Shown here: piece by piece, positions 22,255 to 33,277 of the stretch
Layout of the letters: every line of letters begins with the position of its first letter
Position numbering within the stretch: the first letter of the stretch is position 1
From: an uncultured Rivularia sp.
Lineage (GTDB): Bacteria > Cyanobacteriota > Cyanobacteriia > Cyanobacteriales > Nostocaceae
DNA length: 64,000 nucleotides
Assembly (NCBI GenBank): GCA_963665115.1
Contig: OY762007.1
Span: 7,552,001 to 7,616,000 of the forward strand
Direction of reading: 5' to 3'
Notes under the pieces: generated by a model
Seen by the model: the letters and a program-made list of their open reading frames with translations, nothing else
Told to the model about the DNA's origin: nothing
The model's database searches: none
Position numbers and translations under genes: made by a program

Positions 22255-22585
22255 TTGGTAAAAGCTTGTTTCTATGGTTCTTCCGCACAAAGGGATGCTA
22301 ATTAAAAACAGGTCGGGAGGAATAGGGAACAGCGGAAAACACAAGAGTGCGAATAATGTTAGTCAATAACTGTAGTCACACTTATATAACATTTTAATAG
22401 GTGATGCTTGCAACCGTCATGAGTTTTTGCGTCTCTAACCGCATCATAAAATTATATTATGACTTACTTGTAAATTCTCAATTTATTAGTGCTGAATTTG
22501 GTAAACATATTGGCTTGTCTGTTGATAAAATCTTAAAGATCAAGGTTGCAACACTCAGAAATTAAATTAGATTCAGGGTTTAAGT

Positions 22586-23368
22586 ATGCTAATTAAAGAA
22601 TACATTGCTCATCAGTTAATTGGCACCTCTTTAGAAAAAACAGCATCTAAATTGCGTGATTTTACGAAAACTTTAGAACGTAGGAAACATCCCGAACTGC
22701 ATGAGATATATGTTGAATCGGAACGATCCGAATTGGCTATGACTCGAATTATCAATAGTTCAATGAACTGTATTGATATTGGAGCGCATTTGGGTTCGGT
22801 ACTTAATCTCATCAATGAACTCTCACCAAATGGAAAACATACTGCGATTGAGCCTATTCCCTACAAATACGAATGGTTGAAGCGTAAGTTTCCTAATGCA
22901 GAAATATTTCAAGTTGCTCTAAGTGACACTAATGGTGAAGTAGACTTCTATTTACAGTCTCAGCATTCGGGTTTTAGTGGATTAAAGCTTCATGGCTCTA
23001 ACAGTGCCGATGGAGAAGTTGAAGTTCTGAAAGTGAATTGTGTCAGACTTGATGATATTGTTCCATCAGATTTACCTATAGGATTTATCAAAATTGATGT
23101 AGAAGGTGGTGAATTAGCTGCACTCAAAGGTGGTGAGACTATATTGAATCGCTATCATCCAACTATTCTTTTTGAATGCGCTCAATCTGGTTTAAAAGCT
23201 CATAACGTTTCTCAATCGGAGATTTACGACTTCTTCCATGCTCATGGTTATTCTTTGTTTTTAATCAAAGACTGGCTTGCACAAAATGAACCACTTAATT
23301 ACGAACGATTTATAAAATCAATGGAATATCCATTTCAAGCTTTTAATTTTCTTGCAGTTCACCAATAG
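22586..23368 (+). CDS. FkbM family methyltransferase
   Basis: IDIGAHLG, IEP, RLDD, IKIDVEGGE. Confidence 0.9.
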   Translation: MLIKEYIAHQLIGTSLEKTASKLRDFTKTLERRKHPELHEIYVESERSELAMTRIINSSMNCIDIGAHLGSVLNLINELSPNGKHTAIEPIPYKYEWLKRKFPNAEIFQVALSDTNGEVDFYLQSQHSGFSGLKLHGSNSADGEVEVLKVNCVRLDDIVPSDLPIGFIKIDVEGGELAALKGGETILNRYHPTILFECAQSGLKAHNVSQSEIYDFFHAHGYSLFLIKDWLAQNEPLNYERFIKSMEYPFQAFNFLAVHQ

Positions 23369-23458
23369 AAGTTTAAGGAAACTATTGAATAAGGTAGGAT
23401 TTGGGTTATAACACAAAACTAGTATTTTTGGCTTCTTGATGCTCCCGTTGGTAGGTTA

Positions 23459-23486
23459 TAGAGACGTAGCACTGCTACGTCTCTAC
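23459..23486. repeat. GTAG-type REP palindrome
   Basis: TAGAGACGTAGC-ACT-GCTACGTCTCTAC between convergent genes. Confidence 0.8.
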
Positions 23487-23508
23487 ATTGGGATTGGGTA
23501 ATGATTAG

Positions 23509-25624
23509 TTAGCCAGCTTGTACGGTATAGGGGCTTGTTAATTTATCCAGTTGCTGTACTAACAAACTGAGGAATAATCCTACATCTGTGACTACACCAA
23601 CTGATTCTACTGAGCCTCGATCGCTCAATTTTGTTACTACTGCTGGATTTATATCGACGCAGACCATTTTTACTCCCGCAGGTGTCATATTACCTACGCC
23701 TATGGAATGCAGCATGGTTGACAGCATCAATATCATGTCTGCTCCTTTAAGTAGTTCCGCGTATTCTTCCTGTGCTTTTACTAAATCCATTTGAGTATCG
23801 GGTAAAGGACCGTCATCTCGAATCGAACCGGCAAGAGCGAAGGGTACATGATTTTTAACGCATTCGTACATCACACCTTTTTGAATCATTCCTGCCTGTA
23901 CGGCTTTGGCAATGCTTCCGTGACGACGAACGCTATTAATGGCTTTGAGGTGATGCCGATGTCCTCCGCGTACTGAAACACCTCGCTTCATGTCTACACC
24001 CAAAGATGTTCCCATGATTGATTGCTCGATGTCATGAACTGCGATCGCGTTTCCACCAAGCAATCCCTGTACGTAACCTTCTCTTACTAACTGTGATAAA
24101 TGTTCGCCGCCACCAGTATGTATTACAACCGGACCTGCCGTGACAATAACTTTACCACCAGTATCGCGGATTTTACGTAATTCCCAAGCAACTTGTTCGA
24201 CAATTAATTCTACGCGACGTTCGCTAGAAACACCAGCAGACATGAAGCTGAATTCTTCGGTATTGCGTTTTTCTCGCGATTCGGTTTTACGAATGGTGCG
24301 GATACCTTGTACATCAACAACTACCTTTTCCCCTGCTTCTAAATCGCGCAGTATTTTACACCGAGCGATAGTTCCTTCGGAAGTTTCGGTAATTGCGATC
24401 GCGCCATCCATACGCTGGGCATCTACTTTTACCCACCTGCCATTAATCCGAACTTCGGTAGGATAAATAGTACTAACGTAGAAGTCATCTGGTGCGACTC
24501 CATTTTGAATTACGGGTTCGAGTTTAGCATCTCGCTCGTCTTCTGGTAAGTTCATCGCACCCAAGTCAATTAGATGGGATACAATGCTTTCCATAACTTC
24601 GTGAGAAGGTGCAGAAACTTTCACTTCAGCAGCAGAAGTACTTTGACGCTGTTCCCCCAAAAGGAAATTTTGGACTTTGAAACTTCCGCCATTATCTATA
24701 ATTAAATCCAAAGCGCGGTTAATTAAACCAGCATCGAGTAAATGTCCTTCCATGCGGACAACTTTACTTTCTACCCAAGAATTGGCGTGTACATCTTCTA
24801 GTACGGGTTTCGGTAACGCGCAATGTTAAACATTTTGCCGCACCACCCGCTTTCAGAAATTCGGTTAGTGGGGTTTCAATCACCTCAAAACCAACTTTCG
24901 CTAAACGTTTTTTTAGTGAATCGGAAGCTTTATTCATTACCACAATGCTTTCCACATTCACCGTATTGCAAGCGAAATTCACCGCATCTGCTTCTTCTAT
25001 CGCAATGCGCTTTTCCTCAGCGACGCGCATTTCAATTAAGCGGTTGGAATAGGAGTCAAAAGCGGCGGGGTAATAAAGTAAATAGCCGTTAGCCAAAGGA
25101 CAAAAGCAGGTATCGAGATGATAAAAACGTTCGTCAGTTAGTCGTAAAGATAATACCTCAATATCCAACCATTTTGCCAGAAAAGGATGAGAATCTAACT
25201 CCGAACGAAAACCGTAACCAGCCCATAACCAGCGCCCTTCTCGATCTAAAAGTGCATCACCCGCACCTTCAAAAGGTAAATCTTTGGGCAATTCATGAAC
25301 AGTAAAGCCATTTTCTTCAAACCATGCCTTGAAATAAGGCTCCTCTTTTTGACGCTCTTTATGTAAAAAGCGGCTTAAAACCACATTATTACCCAAAACC
25401 AAACCAGCATTAGCGGTAAAAACCATATCGGGAACACCTTTATGGGGTTGTACCAAATCAACAATCGCGTGTTGCTTAAGCACGTGATAAAGTTTTTGCC
25501 ACTGTTGCACCGCACGCTCTTGAGATGACTTGTGAATATTCCCTTCCATCCAAGGATTAATCACATAATCTACATCATAATGTTCCGGGGCACACATCAA
25601 AAAGCGGATTTCAGAAGTTTTCAT
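23509..25624 (-). CDS. argZ: Bifunctional arginine dihydrolase / ornithine cyclodeaminase (ArgZ/AgrE), about 704 aa, split by apparent +1 error at ~24805-24810
   Basis: Amidinotransferase-fold N-terminus (INPWM, DMVFTAN, FEGAGD, FYHLDT, GGAAKCL) plus C-terminal half (GHLLD, GPVVIHTG, GSIRDDGP); removing one base gives RVTEPVLEDVHANSWVESKVVRMEGH. Confidence 0.9.
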
Positions 25625-25711
25625 TTCTTAAGTACCTTCAAGGAGTATAGATGCAACGTTCCTTGTTTATTCTATTACCTCGAAGGGAGGGGTGATGGGG
25701 AGAGGGGGGTT

Positions 25712-25766
25712 AGTAGTGCGAGCATCTTGCTCGCTTGTATCGAGCGAGCAAGATGCTCGCACTACT
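25712..25766. repeat. Perfect REP doublet (24-bp inverted repeat, each arm self-complementary)
   Basis: AGTAGTGCGAGCATCTTGCTCGCT-N7-AGCGAGCAAGATGCTCGCACTACT. Confidence 0.85.
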
Positions 25767-25789
25767 TAAACTTAATGCTCCCAACGATC

Positions 25790-25885
25790 AATCCCCAATT
25801 ACCAATTACCAATTACCAATTACCAATTACCAATTCCCAATTACCAATTACCAATGCCCAATCCCCAATTCCCAATCCCAATTCA
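25790..25885. repeat. STRR tract (CCAATTA/CCAATCC)n
   Basis: Tandem heptamers. Confidence 0.9.
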
Positions 25886-25997
25886 ATTCGATGTGATTCT
25901 AAGTTTAAAAGAGTATTAGTTAAAAATGGATTTAAGAAAGTGGTTGATAGCATATTATTATTCAATATAATTATTACTCAATTGTAATATTTGAAAG

Positions 25998-26513
25998 GTG
26001 ACACAAAATTCTAATCAAAATTTTGACGGTGGTCTAAAAAGGGTACTTAATCGATTAACAGAAACAATGGAACGGGACAGTTTAATTACGGAAACTACAT
26101 CTCGTTTGCGGAATACATTTGATGTCGATCGCGTTGTTTTATATCACTTTTATTCTCGGTGGGATGGGCAAGTCACTTTTGAGTCTTTGAGTTCCGATAA
26201 ATGGTCTATTCTTGGTTCTACTGGCCCCGATAACTGTTTTAATGATGGATATGCCGAATTGTATTTACAAGGAAGAATACGGGCAATTCCAGATATAGAG
26301 TCAGAACCTATTGCTGATTGTCACCGCAATTTTTTACGTAATTTGCAGGTTCGCGCTAATTTAGTTGCACCTATTTTAAATGCTAAGGGTTTATGGGGTT
26401 TATTAATAGCTCATCATTGTCAAAAGCCCCGTTTATGGACTCCATCAGATATTAGAATGATGCAAACTGAAACTGAAAATTTAGCTCTGTCAAATTCTAT
26501 TCGTAATTCTTAG
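25998..26513 (+). CDS. Stand-alone GAF protein, DXCF cyanobacteriochrome-like
   Basis: DRVVLYHF, DNCF (DXCF), CH motif, QVRANLVAPI, LWGLLIAHHC..PR.W. Confidence 0.8.
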   Translation: MTQNSNQNFDGGLKRVLNRLTETMERDSLITETTSRLRNTFDVDRVVLYHFYSRWDGQVTFESLSSDKWSILGSTGPDNCFNDGYAELYLQGRIRAIPDIESEPIADCHRNFLRNLQVRANLVAPILNAKGLWGLLIAHHCQKPRLWTPSDIRMMQTETENLALSNSIRNS

Positions 26514-26917
26514 ATATTTGGTAATTGGGCATTGGGCATTGAGAATTGGGCATTGGGAGCGATAAATAATAATCGATTTGATTTTTGATTATAAATGCCG
26601 CGATTCTCTACATCTATAAATAAATCTATTTTATTTTTGTACGATTAATAAGTCGCTGGGTTTTTGGTAAAGGCGGATTTCGATCGGTTAAATGAACCTC
26701 GCGGATGAAAATCTTATAAGTTGTGTAATTAGCAGGTTATATTACAATTCTTTGTTGAAGACAGATATTTTTGTATAGTTTAGTTGAAAAAATTAAAATT
26801 ATACTAATTACTGAGAATAAAGAGATACGGCACTACAAATAAATTACATACAAAATGTTAAGTTGGGAAATTGTAGCTTGGTTACTTTTACCCAATTTTT
26901 TTAGGGAATATTGCTCA

Positions 26918-27829
26918 ATGCCTTACCTAAAATCGAAAAACGAAATTCGTTCTCTTGTTGCTAAGTATACTACTGCAAAAACTCTTTGGTTAGATACAGA
27001 AGTTGCTGATTATGATACTCGTAATCCTCGACTATCGCTGATTCAAGTTTTGGATGATGGTACGGATTTAACAGGAGAAAGTGTCTATATTTTGGATGTA
27101 CTCGAACAACCTGAAATTGTTACTGAGTTTATAGACGAAATTATGATCAATTCTTCGGTAGAAAAAGTGTTTCATAATTCTAAGTACGATTTAAGATTTT
27201 TAGGTAAAAAGAAAGCCCAAAATGTCACCTGTACTTTGGAAATGGCTAAACAAATACCTTACTATATTTTACCTTTACCTAATTATCAGTTGAAGACTTT
27301 AGCTATGGAACTTTGTCATTTTCAAAATATTGATAAGCAGCAACAAAGCAGCGATTGGGGAATTCGCCCTTTAAGTGAAGAACAAATCGAATATGCTTAC
27401 CTTGACTGTATTATTCTGGCTCAAGTTCATTTACGTTTGTTAGAAATAGCACAAAAGGCAGGCTTTAATGCGGCAACAGAAGATTTAAGTTTGCTTGGTG
27501 CAAAATATGTTGAATTAGAACAACAGTGGAAGTTATTGAAATCCGAGTTTGAGCATTTGCAAGAACGGATAAAACTAGCAATGCAGGCTCAAGATTTATC
27601 TGAAACTCCGCATTTTAAACTTAACAGCTACGAACGCACAACAACTAAAGTGCCATTTTCCGAGCTGGTACGTTTGATAGAAACTAAAAATGTAGATTTA
27701 GATTTTGATATCACCTTGACTAAGGATATTCAAAAGAACTTAGGTGACAACCTACAGCAACTTGCTGTAGATGTATCTAAAACTAGCAGTTTACGATTGA
27801 TTTCTAAACAAGGAGAAGGTGAAGAATAA
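26918..27829 (+). CDS. RNase D-like DEDD 3'-5' exonuclease with C-terminal coiled-coil extension
   Basis: LDTE, VFHN..YDL, SDWG.RPL, YAYLD; start set at MPYLK. Confidence 0.85.
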   Translation: MPYLKSKNEIRSLVAKYTTAKTLWLDTEVADYDTRNPRLSLIQVLDDGTDLTGESVYILDVLEQPEIVTEFIDEIMINSSVEKVFHNSKYDLRFLGKKKAQNVTCTLEMAKQIPYYILPLPNYQLKTLAMELCHFQNIDKQQQSSDWGIRPLSEEQIEYAYLDCIILAQVHLRLLEIAQKAGFNAATEDLSLLGAKYVELEQQWKLLKSEFEHLQERIKLAMQAQDLSETPHFKLNSYERTTTKVPFSELVRLIETKNVDLDFDITLTKDIQKNLGDNLQQLAVDVSKTSSLRLISKQGEGEE

Positions 27830-27978
27830 AAGGTAAAATGTAAACAAATTTGGCACAATAACCGTGTAAATATAGTCAATATAGGGAAAAGGGAGTAACA
27901 ACCTATAAAAAGTTAAGAAAAATGAATTTATTGGTGGAGGAATGTCAAAATTGTGGGTGTATTGATAAAAAGTAAATT

Positions 27979-28818
27979 ATGAAACAGTGGTTGTTTGAGC
28001 AAAATTTGACAGGAGTTTCTAAAAGATTTGGTGTAGCCTTGTTGAGTGGATTTATCGCAACTGTAACTGTTTCTTGCAGCAACGATAAAGATGTATTGGT
28101 AACGGAAATAGGAGTTAGCCCTGTAGCAAGCCCAGCAGCTAATCCAACGACTGCAAAGGATTTTTTCGCTCAGGGACAGTATAAGCATATTCAAGGTGAT
28201 ACCCAAGGTGCGATCGCCTCATATACAAAAGCTATAAGTCTGGATCAACAATACGTTCAGGCTTACAACGGACGTGGATTGGTACAGTTTGACACCGGAG
28301 ACAGACAAGGTGCGATCGCCGATTATAATCAAGCGTTACGCATTAGTCCCAACAATGCCCAAGCTTATAATAACCGTGGTAATGCTCGTGCAGCGCAAGG
28401 CGATTTAAGCGGTGCTATCAAAGACTACGACCAAGCGATTGAGTTGAATTCCAATTATGCTGAGGCGTATAATAATCGGGGAAATGCCCGCGCCGCAGAC
28501 GGAGATAGAAACGAAGCTATAGCGGATTACACCGAAGCAATTCGCATCAATTCTAACTACGCCGTTGCTTATAATAATCGGGGAAATGCTCGCGCCGCCC
28601 AAGGAGACAAAGAGGGTGCGCTTTCTGATTACAACGAAGCAATTCGCCTCAATCCTAATTTTGGTGCTGCTTATAATAATCGAGGAAATGCTCGCGTAGA
28701 ATTAGGAGATAAAGATGCTGGTTTAGCAGACTTACAGCGAGCAGCAGAGATTTTTCAAGAACAAAATAACCAGCAGCTATACAAGCAGGTTATGGAAAAT
28801 GTTAAGGAAATTCAATGA
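27979..28818 (+). CDS. TPR-repeat lipoprotein
   Basis: Lipobox VTVSC; repeated AYNNRGNARA..GD..GAI.DY. Confidence 0.9.
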   Translation: MKQWLFEQNLTGVSKRFGVALLSGFIATVTVSCSNDKDVLVTEIGVSPVASPAANPTTAKDFFAQGQYKHIQGDTQGAIASYTKAISLDQQYVQAYNGRGLVQFDTGDRQGAIADYNQALRISPNNAQAYNNRGNARAAQGDLSGAIKDYDQAIELNSNYAEAYNNRGNARAADGDRNEAIADYTEAIRINSNYAVAYNNRGNARAAQGDKEGALSDYNEAIRLNPNFGAAYNNRGNARVELGDKDAGLADLQRAAEIFQEQNNQQLYKQVMENVKEIQ

Positions 28819-28947
28819 GCAGTTATTGGAGAAAAGATTAGTAATTGTTTATTGATACAAAGTATAGAAAAAACTTGATAATTGATTACTCTGGGATATA
28901 TAACAAGTCTGTAATTGCAAAACCCCACCGTTTTCAGCAGCTATACC

Positions 28948-29139
28948 ATGATTCAAGCAACCGTTCATCTAGTTGTTGGCATTGAAAATCTAACATTATT
29001 AGTTTATTACACTGAAGCAACGGAATGGCAATTTAGAATTATCAGTTCTGGTGGGGAAGTTTTCGGTGAAAGGAAACTTTACTATACTCCCGAAGCTGCG
29101 GAAAAAGCTGCGCGGGAGTGGCTTTCTTGGGGAGATTAA
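28948..29139 (+). CDS. Small hypothetical protein (63 aa)
   Basis: ATG-started ORF with protein-like composition (WQFRIIS..G...YYTPEAAEKAAREW). Confidence 0.6.
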   Translation: MIQATVHLVVGIENLTLLVYYTEATEWQFRIISSGGEVFGERKLYYTPEAAEKAAREWLSWGD

Positions 29140-29213
29140 ATTGGTAATTGTTAATTGGTAATTGGTAATTGGTAATTGGTAATTGGTAATTGGTAATTGG
29201 TAATTGGTAATTG
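29139..29213. repeat. STRR tract (TTGGTAA)n
   Basis: About ten tandem heptamers. Confidence 0.92.
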
Positions 29214-29395
29214 GCTTCAAATTATTTAATCCTAACTGGCTATTCTTCAAATATTTTTATTAATAGATTTTAGGGTGTGTTATGGGATTATAGATAATTA
29301 TGATTATTGCATAAAATATATATTTCGTGCTTAATGCACCGTTATTATATTAAATTTAGTGGTGCATTGCACGTTAGCGAAATATTTATAATAAT

Positions 29396-31240
29396 TTATT
29401 CACATCGCCAAACTTTAATAGTAGTATCCTCGCTACCGCTATATAAAGTTTGTCCATCGGGGCTAAAAACAAGAGAATTAACTTTAGCTGAATGCCCGGT
29501 TAAAGTGCATATTCCTTGTTTTGCATTTATATCCCATAACTTGATATCGTTATCATCACTACTGCTAGCAAAAATGTCTTGCTTTGGGTTAAAAGTAACG
29601 CATCTCAAACCTGATGAGTGCCCATTGAAAGTACAAATTTCTTGTCCGGTATTTACTTTCCAAAACTTGATAGTAGAATCTTCGCTAGCAGTGGCAATAA
29701 TTTGTCCGTCGGGGCTAAAAGCAACGGATCTAACCGCAGCGAATATACCAGTATGATAAAGGATATTGAGTATTTTACCTGTATTTAAATCCCAAAGTAT
29801 AGCTCTTGTATCAGTGCTACTGCTAACAATCAATTTTCCATTGGGGCTAATAGCAACGCTACACACCCGGCTATCATGACCTCGAAGAGTCTTAATTATC
29901 TTTTCTGAATTTACATCCCATACTTTTACCGTTTTGTCACCACCAGCACTAACAAGAATTTGACCGTCAGGGCTAAAAGTGACGCAACTAACTCCAGCAA
30001 ACAAACCTGTATGTCCTTTTAGTATGCGGTTTTTTTTATTGGAATTAACTTGGGACAGTTTAATAATGTTGTTATCATCACTTCTGGCAACAACGTTAGC
30101 TATCACGGGATTGAAAGCAACAGAACTAACAATTATTCCATGATTTTGAAGAGTCAAAACTAATTTATTGGTATTTATGTCCCACAATTTTATTGTGCAG
30201 TCATTGCTTCCACTCGTCAGATACATTCCATCGGGACTAACAGCAATAGAATTAACAGAGTCAGAATGAGCGGTAAAACTATTTATACATTGCCAAACAG
30301 CAGACTTTGAAGCTTTTCTAATATTTGTATAACTGACAAGTTTGTTCTCGTAATTTAACGTCTTTTGTGAATTAATATCTTCTAATACCTCACTCACGGA
30401 TTGATAGCGGCGACTAATTGCATTTTCAATCAGTTTATCTAAAATATTACTTAACTTATCGCTAATTGGATTCTCCACTAAATACTGCTGCCATACCCAA
30501 GTATTTTCATAAATATCAAATAAATCAAAAGGAGAAACCCCAGTTAATAAATAAATACAGGTGGTTCCTAAACTATATAAATCGCTGCTGTAATTTGCTT
30601 TTCCTCTTGATTGCTCTGGCGCAACAAATTCGGGGGTTCCGATGCTAGTTCCCGTTTGTAATATTGCGGTTCCGGTGACAACTTTAGCAGCGCCAAAATC
30701 TACTAAATTTAATTGACCATTTTTACTACGAATTATATTTTGCGGTTTAATATCTCTGTGAATAACGTCATTTTTATGAATAAACTCAAGTACGGGTAAT
30801 AAACTATTTAATAATTCCCAAATTTGAGGTTCTTTAAAAGTGTTTTGCTCTTTCAATATCTCTGCTAAATCGTATCCATCAACATATTCTTGTACTAAAA
30901 ATTGGTTTTCGTCTTGAGTCAGATATTCTAATAAGTTGGGTATTTGATTGTGTTTGCCTAAATCATTCAGTCTTAAAGCTTCTTGTTCAAATAATTCAGT
31001 AGCTTTTTGGGTGTTATCAGTACCTTGCGCCATTAGAAGAAACTGTTTGATAACGCAAGGTGGTTTCAGAGGTTTGCTTTCATCTACCGCTAATAACGTT
31101 CTACCAAAACCGCCTTGTCCGATTGGTTTTATCGCACGATAGCGTTGTTTTAATAGTAATTTGGTACCGCAAGTTAAGCAAACTTGAGCATTCTTTTGAT
31201 TTTGGGGTTTTTGGCAGTGGGGGTTTAGACAATAACTCAT
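29396..31240 (-). CDS. 4-Cys prefix / Ser/Thr kinase / WD40 protein (array A copy 1)
   Basis: MSYCLNPHC..CLTCG; GQGGFG, VIK, HRDIKPQN, DFG, APEQ; about 7 WD40 repeats ending KVWRCE. Confidence 0.92.
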   Translation of the reverse strand: MSYCLNPHCQKPQNQKNAQVCLTCGTKLLLKQRYRAIKPIGQGGFGRTLLAVDESKPLKPPCVIKQFLLMAQGTDNTQKATELFEQEALRLNDLGKHNQIPNLLEYLTQDENQFLVQEYVDGYDLAEILKEQNTFKEPQIWELLNSLLPVLEFIHKNDVIHRDIKPQNIIRSKNGQLNLVDFGAAKVVTGTAILQTGTSIGTPEFVAPEQSRGKANYSSDLYSLGTTCIYLLTGVSPFDLFDIYENTWVWQQYLVENPISDKLSNILDKLIENAISRRYQSVSEVLEDINSQKTLNYENKLVSYTNIRKASKSAVWQCINSFTAHSDSVNSIAVSPDGMYLTSGSNDCTIKLWDINTNKLVLTLQNHGIIVSSVAFNPVIANVVARSDDNNIIKLSQVNSNKKNRILKGHTGLFAGVSCVTFSPDGQILVSAGGDKTVKVWDVNSEKIIKTLRGHDSRVCSVAISPNGKLIVSSSTDTRAILWDLNTGKILNILYHTGIFAAVRSVAFSPDGQIIATASEDSTIKFWKVNTGQEICTFNGHSSGLRCVTFNPKQDIFASSSDDNDIKLWDINAKQGICTLTGHSAKVNSLVFSPDGQTLYSGSEDTTIKVWRCE

Positions 31241-31269
31241 ACTGAGAAACATTTAGGATATATATACTA

Positions 31270-31278
31270 AGTATTCCC
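31270..31278 (-). promoter_or_regulatory. GGGAATACT box (J-box-like putative SigJ -10)
   Basis: Sense-strand GGGAATACT ending 29 nt before the ATG; paralogous boxes at the same spacing upstream of the other copies. Confidence 0.6.
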
Positions 31279-31316
31279 AAGATTATTCAATTTATTACGA
31301 AAATATTCACACTAAT

Positions 31317-33248
31317 TCATTCGCATCGCCAAACTTTAATAGTCTTATCGTCGCTACCACTATATAAAGTTTGTCCATCTGGACTAAAAACAAGAGAATT
31401 AACTTTAGCTGAATGTCCGGTTAAAGTGCATATCTCTTGTTGTGTATTTATATTCCATAGCTTGATAGTTCGTACACTACTACTAGCAATAATCTCTCCA
31501 TTAACACTAAAAGTAACGCACCGAACGCCGCCGTTATGATGTTCAAGGAAATAAATTTCTTCTCCGGTACTTGCTTTCCAAAACTTGATAGTATCGTCGT
31601 CGTTACCAGTAGCAATAATGTTTCCATCCGGGCTAAAAGCAACTGAATTAACCCCGGAAAACATACCATGATGATGTAATTTATGGAGTATTTGTCCTGT
31701 ACTTAAGTTCCAAATTATAACTGTTCTGTCAGCACTACCGCTAGCAATAATTTGTCCATTTGGACTGATAGAAACACTGCTAACCGATTGTTTATGACCT
31801 TTGAGAGTACGAATTTCTTGTCCCGTACTTACATTCCACAATCTTACTGTTTCATCGCTACCAGCACTGGCAAGATACTTACTGTCGGGACTAAAACTCA
31901 AACAATTAACCCCAGCTAAAAAACTTGTATATTCTTTAAGAAGACCGATTTTACTACGTGAATTTACATCCCAAAGTTGGATATTGTTTGCCGAATCACC
32001 AGCGGCAATAATTAACCCATCTGGACTAATAGCAACAGTATTAATTGAGTAGTTATAGTTAAAAGTCCGAAGTAATATACGAGTCTTGATGTTCCATAGT
32101 TTTATCGGATAGTAGTAATCGCTGCCACTAACAAGAATTCTCCCTTCTGGGCTAATAGCCATAGAATTTATCGGAGAAGAGTAACTATCGAGCGTGTCAA
32201 TACATTTCCAAGCATAATTTAAATCATTATATTTCAAATCTCTAAATTGCTGAAGAGTTGAAAGATTTACGATTTTTTTAGTATCTGTATTATGTGAATA
32301 TTGATTGCGTTCAGCAGCAATTAGTTCTTTCTGAGTACTTTCTGAAAAAGATGTTATTGCCAACTGGTTACGATCGGAATTAATATCTTTTAATACTTCA
32401 GTTACCGATTGATAGCGGCGACTGGTAGCATTTTCAATCAGTTTGTCTAAAATATTCCCAAGTTTATCGCTAACCGAATTATTAACTAAATATTGTCGCC
32501 ATACCCAGATATATTCGGAAATATCAAATAATTCAAACGGGGAAACTCCAGTTAATAAATAAATACAGGTTGCTCCCAAACTATATAAATCGCTGCTGTA
32601 ATTAGCTTTACCCCTCGATTGTTCTGGTGCGACAAATTCCGGAGTTCCAATGCTAGTTCCGGTTTGTAAAATTGCGGTTCCCGTAACAAGTTTTGCAGCA
32701 CCAAAGTCTACTAAAAATAGCTTTCCATCTCGCCTGCGGATAATATTTTCTGGTTTAATATCTCTATGGATAATGTCATTTTGATGAATAAACTCAAGCA
32801 CGGGCAACAAACTATTTAATAATTCCCAAATTTGGGCTTCCTTAAAAGTGCCTTGTTCTTTTAATAACTCTGCTAAGTCATATCCATCAATATACTCCTG
32901 TACTAAATATTGATGTTTTTCTTGAGTTAGATAATCTAACAAACCAGGTATTCGATCGTGTTTGCCTAAACTACCAAGCCTTGAGGCTTCCTGTTCAAAT
33001 AATTCAGCAGCTTTTTGAGTATTATTAGTACCTTGTGTTTGCAGAAGAAACTGTTTGATAACGCAAACCGGTTTCAAAGGTTTGCTTTGATCGACAGCCA
33101 GTAAAGTTCTGCCAAAACCACCTTGCCCAATTGGTTTTATTGCCCGATAACGTTGTTTTAAGAGCAATTGAGTACCGCAATTCACGCAAAAATTATCATT
33201 TTTTTTATTTTGGGGTTTTTGACAATGCGGATTTAGACAGTAACTCAT
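31317..33248 (-). CDS. 4-Cys prefix / Ser/Thr kinase / WD40 protein (array A copy 2)
   Basis: Same motifs; longer kinase-WD40 linker; ends KVWRCE. Confidence 0.92.
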   Translation of the reverse strand: MSYCLNPHCQKPQNKKNDNFCVNCGTQLLLKQRYRAIKPIGQGGFGRTLLAVDQSKPLKPVCVIKQFLLQTQGTNNTQKAAELFEQEASRLGSLGKHDRIPGLLDYLTQEKHQYLVQEYIDGYDLAELLKEQGTFKEAQIWELLNSLLPVLEFIHQNDIIHRDIKPENIIRRRDGKLFLVDFGAAKLVTGTAILQTGTSIGTPEFVAPEQSRGKANYSSDLYSLGATCIYLLTGVSPFELFDISEYIWVWRQYLVNNSVSDKLGNILDKLIENATSRRYQSVTEVLKDINSDRNQLAITSFSESTQKELIAAERNQYSHNTDTKKIVNLSTLQQFRDLKYNDLNYAWKCIDTLDSYSSPINSMAISPEGRILVSGSDYYYPIKLWNIKTRILLRTFNYNYSINTVAISPDGLIIAAGDSANNIQLWDVNSRSKIGLLKEYTSFLAGVNCLSFSPDSKYLASAGSDETVRLWNVSTGQEIRTLKGHKQSVSSVSISPNGQIIASGSADRTVIIWNLSTGQILHKLHHHGMFSGVNSVAFSPDGNIIATGNDDDTIKFWKASTGEEIYFLEHHNGGVRCVTFSVNGEIIASSSVRTIKLWNINTQQEICTLTGHSAKVNSLVFSPDGQTLYSGSDDKTIKVWRCE

Positions 33249-33277
33249 ACTAAAAATAGTAGATTAACTCTATACTT

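Noticed and set aside
22370..22386. NtcA site upstream of the DUF2085 gene (GTA-N8-TAT)
   Set aside because: Mismatch to GTA-N8-TAC and no supporting promoter context in AT-rich DNA
25532..25987. 151-aa ORF, and similar ORFs 28999-29250, 47020-47250, 60022-60370, 12403-12651
   Set aside because: Translations are STRR-derived (PITNYQL repeats) or antisense to real genes
29307..29756. Antisense ORFs over WD40 repeats (also 31801, 34051, 34394)
   Set aside because: Typical shadow frames of WD40 coding sequence
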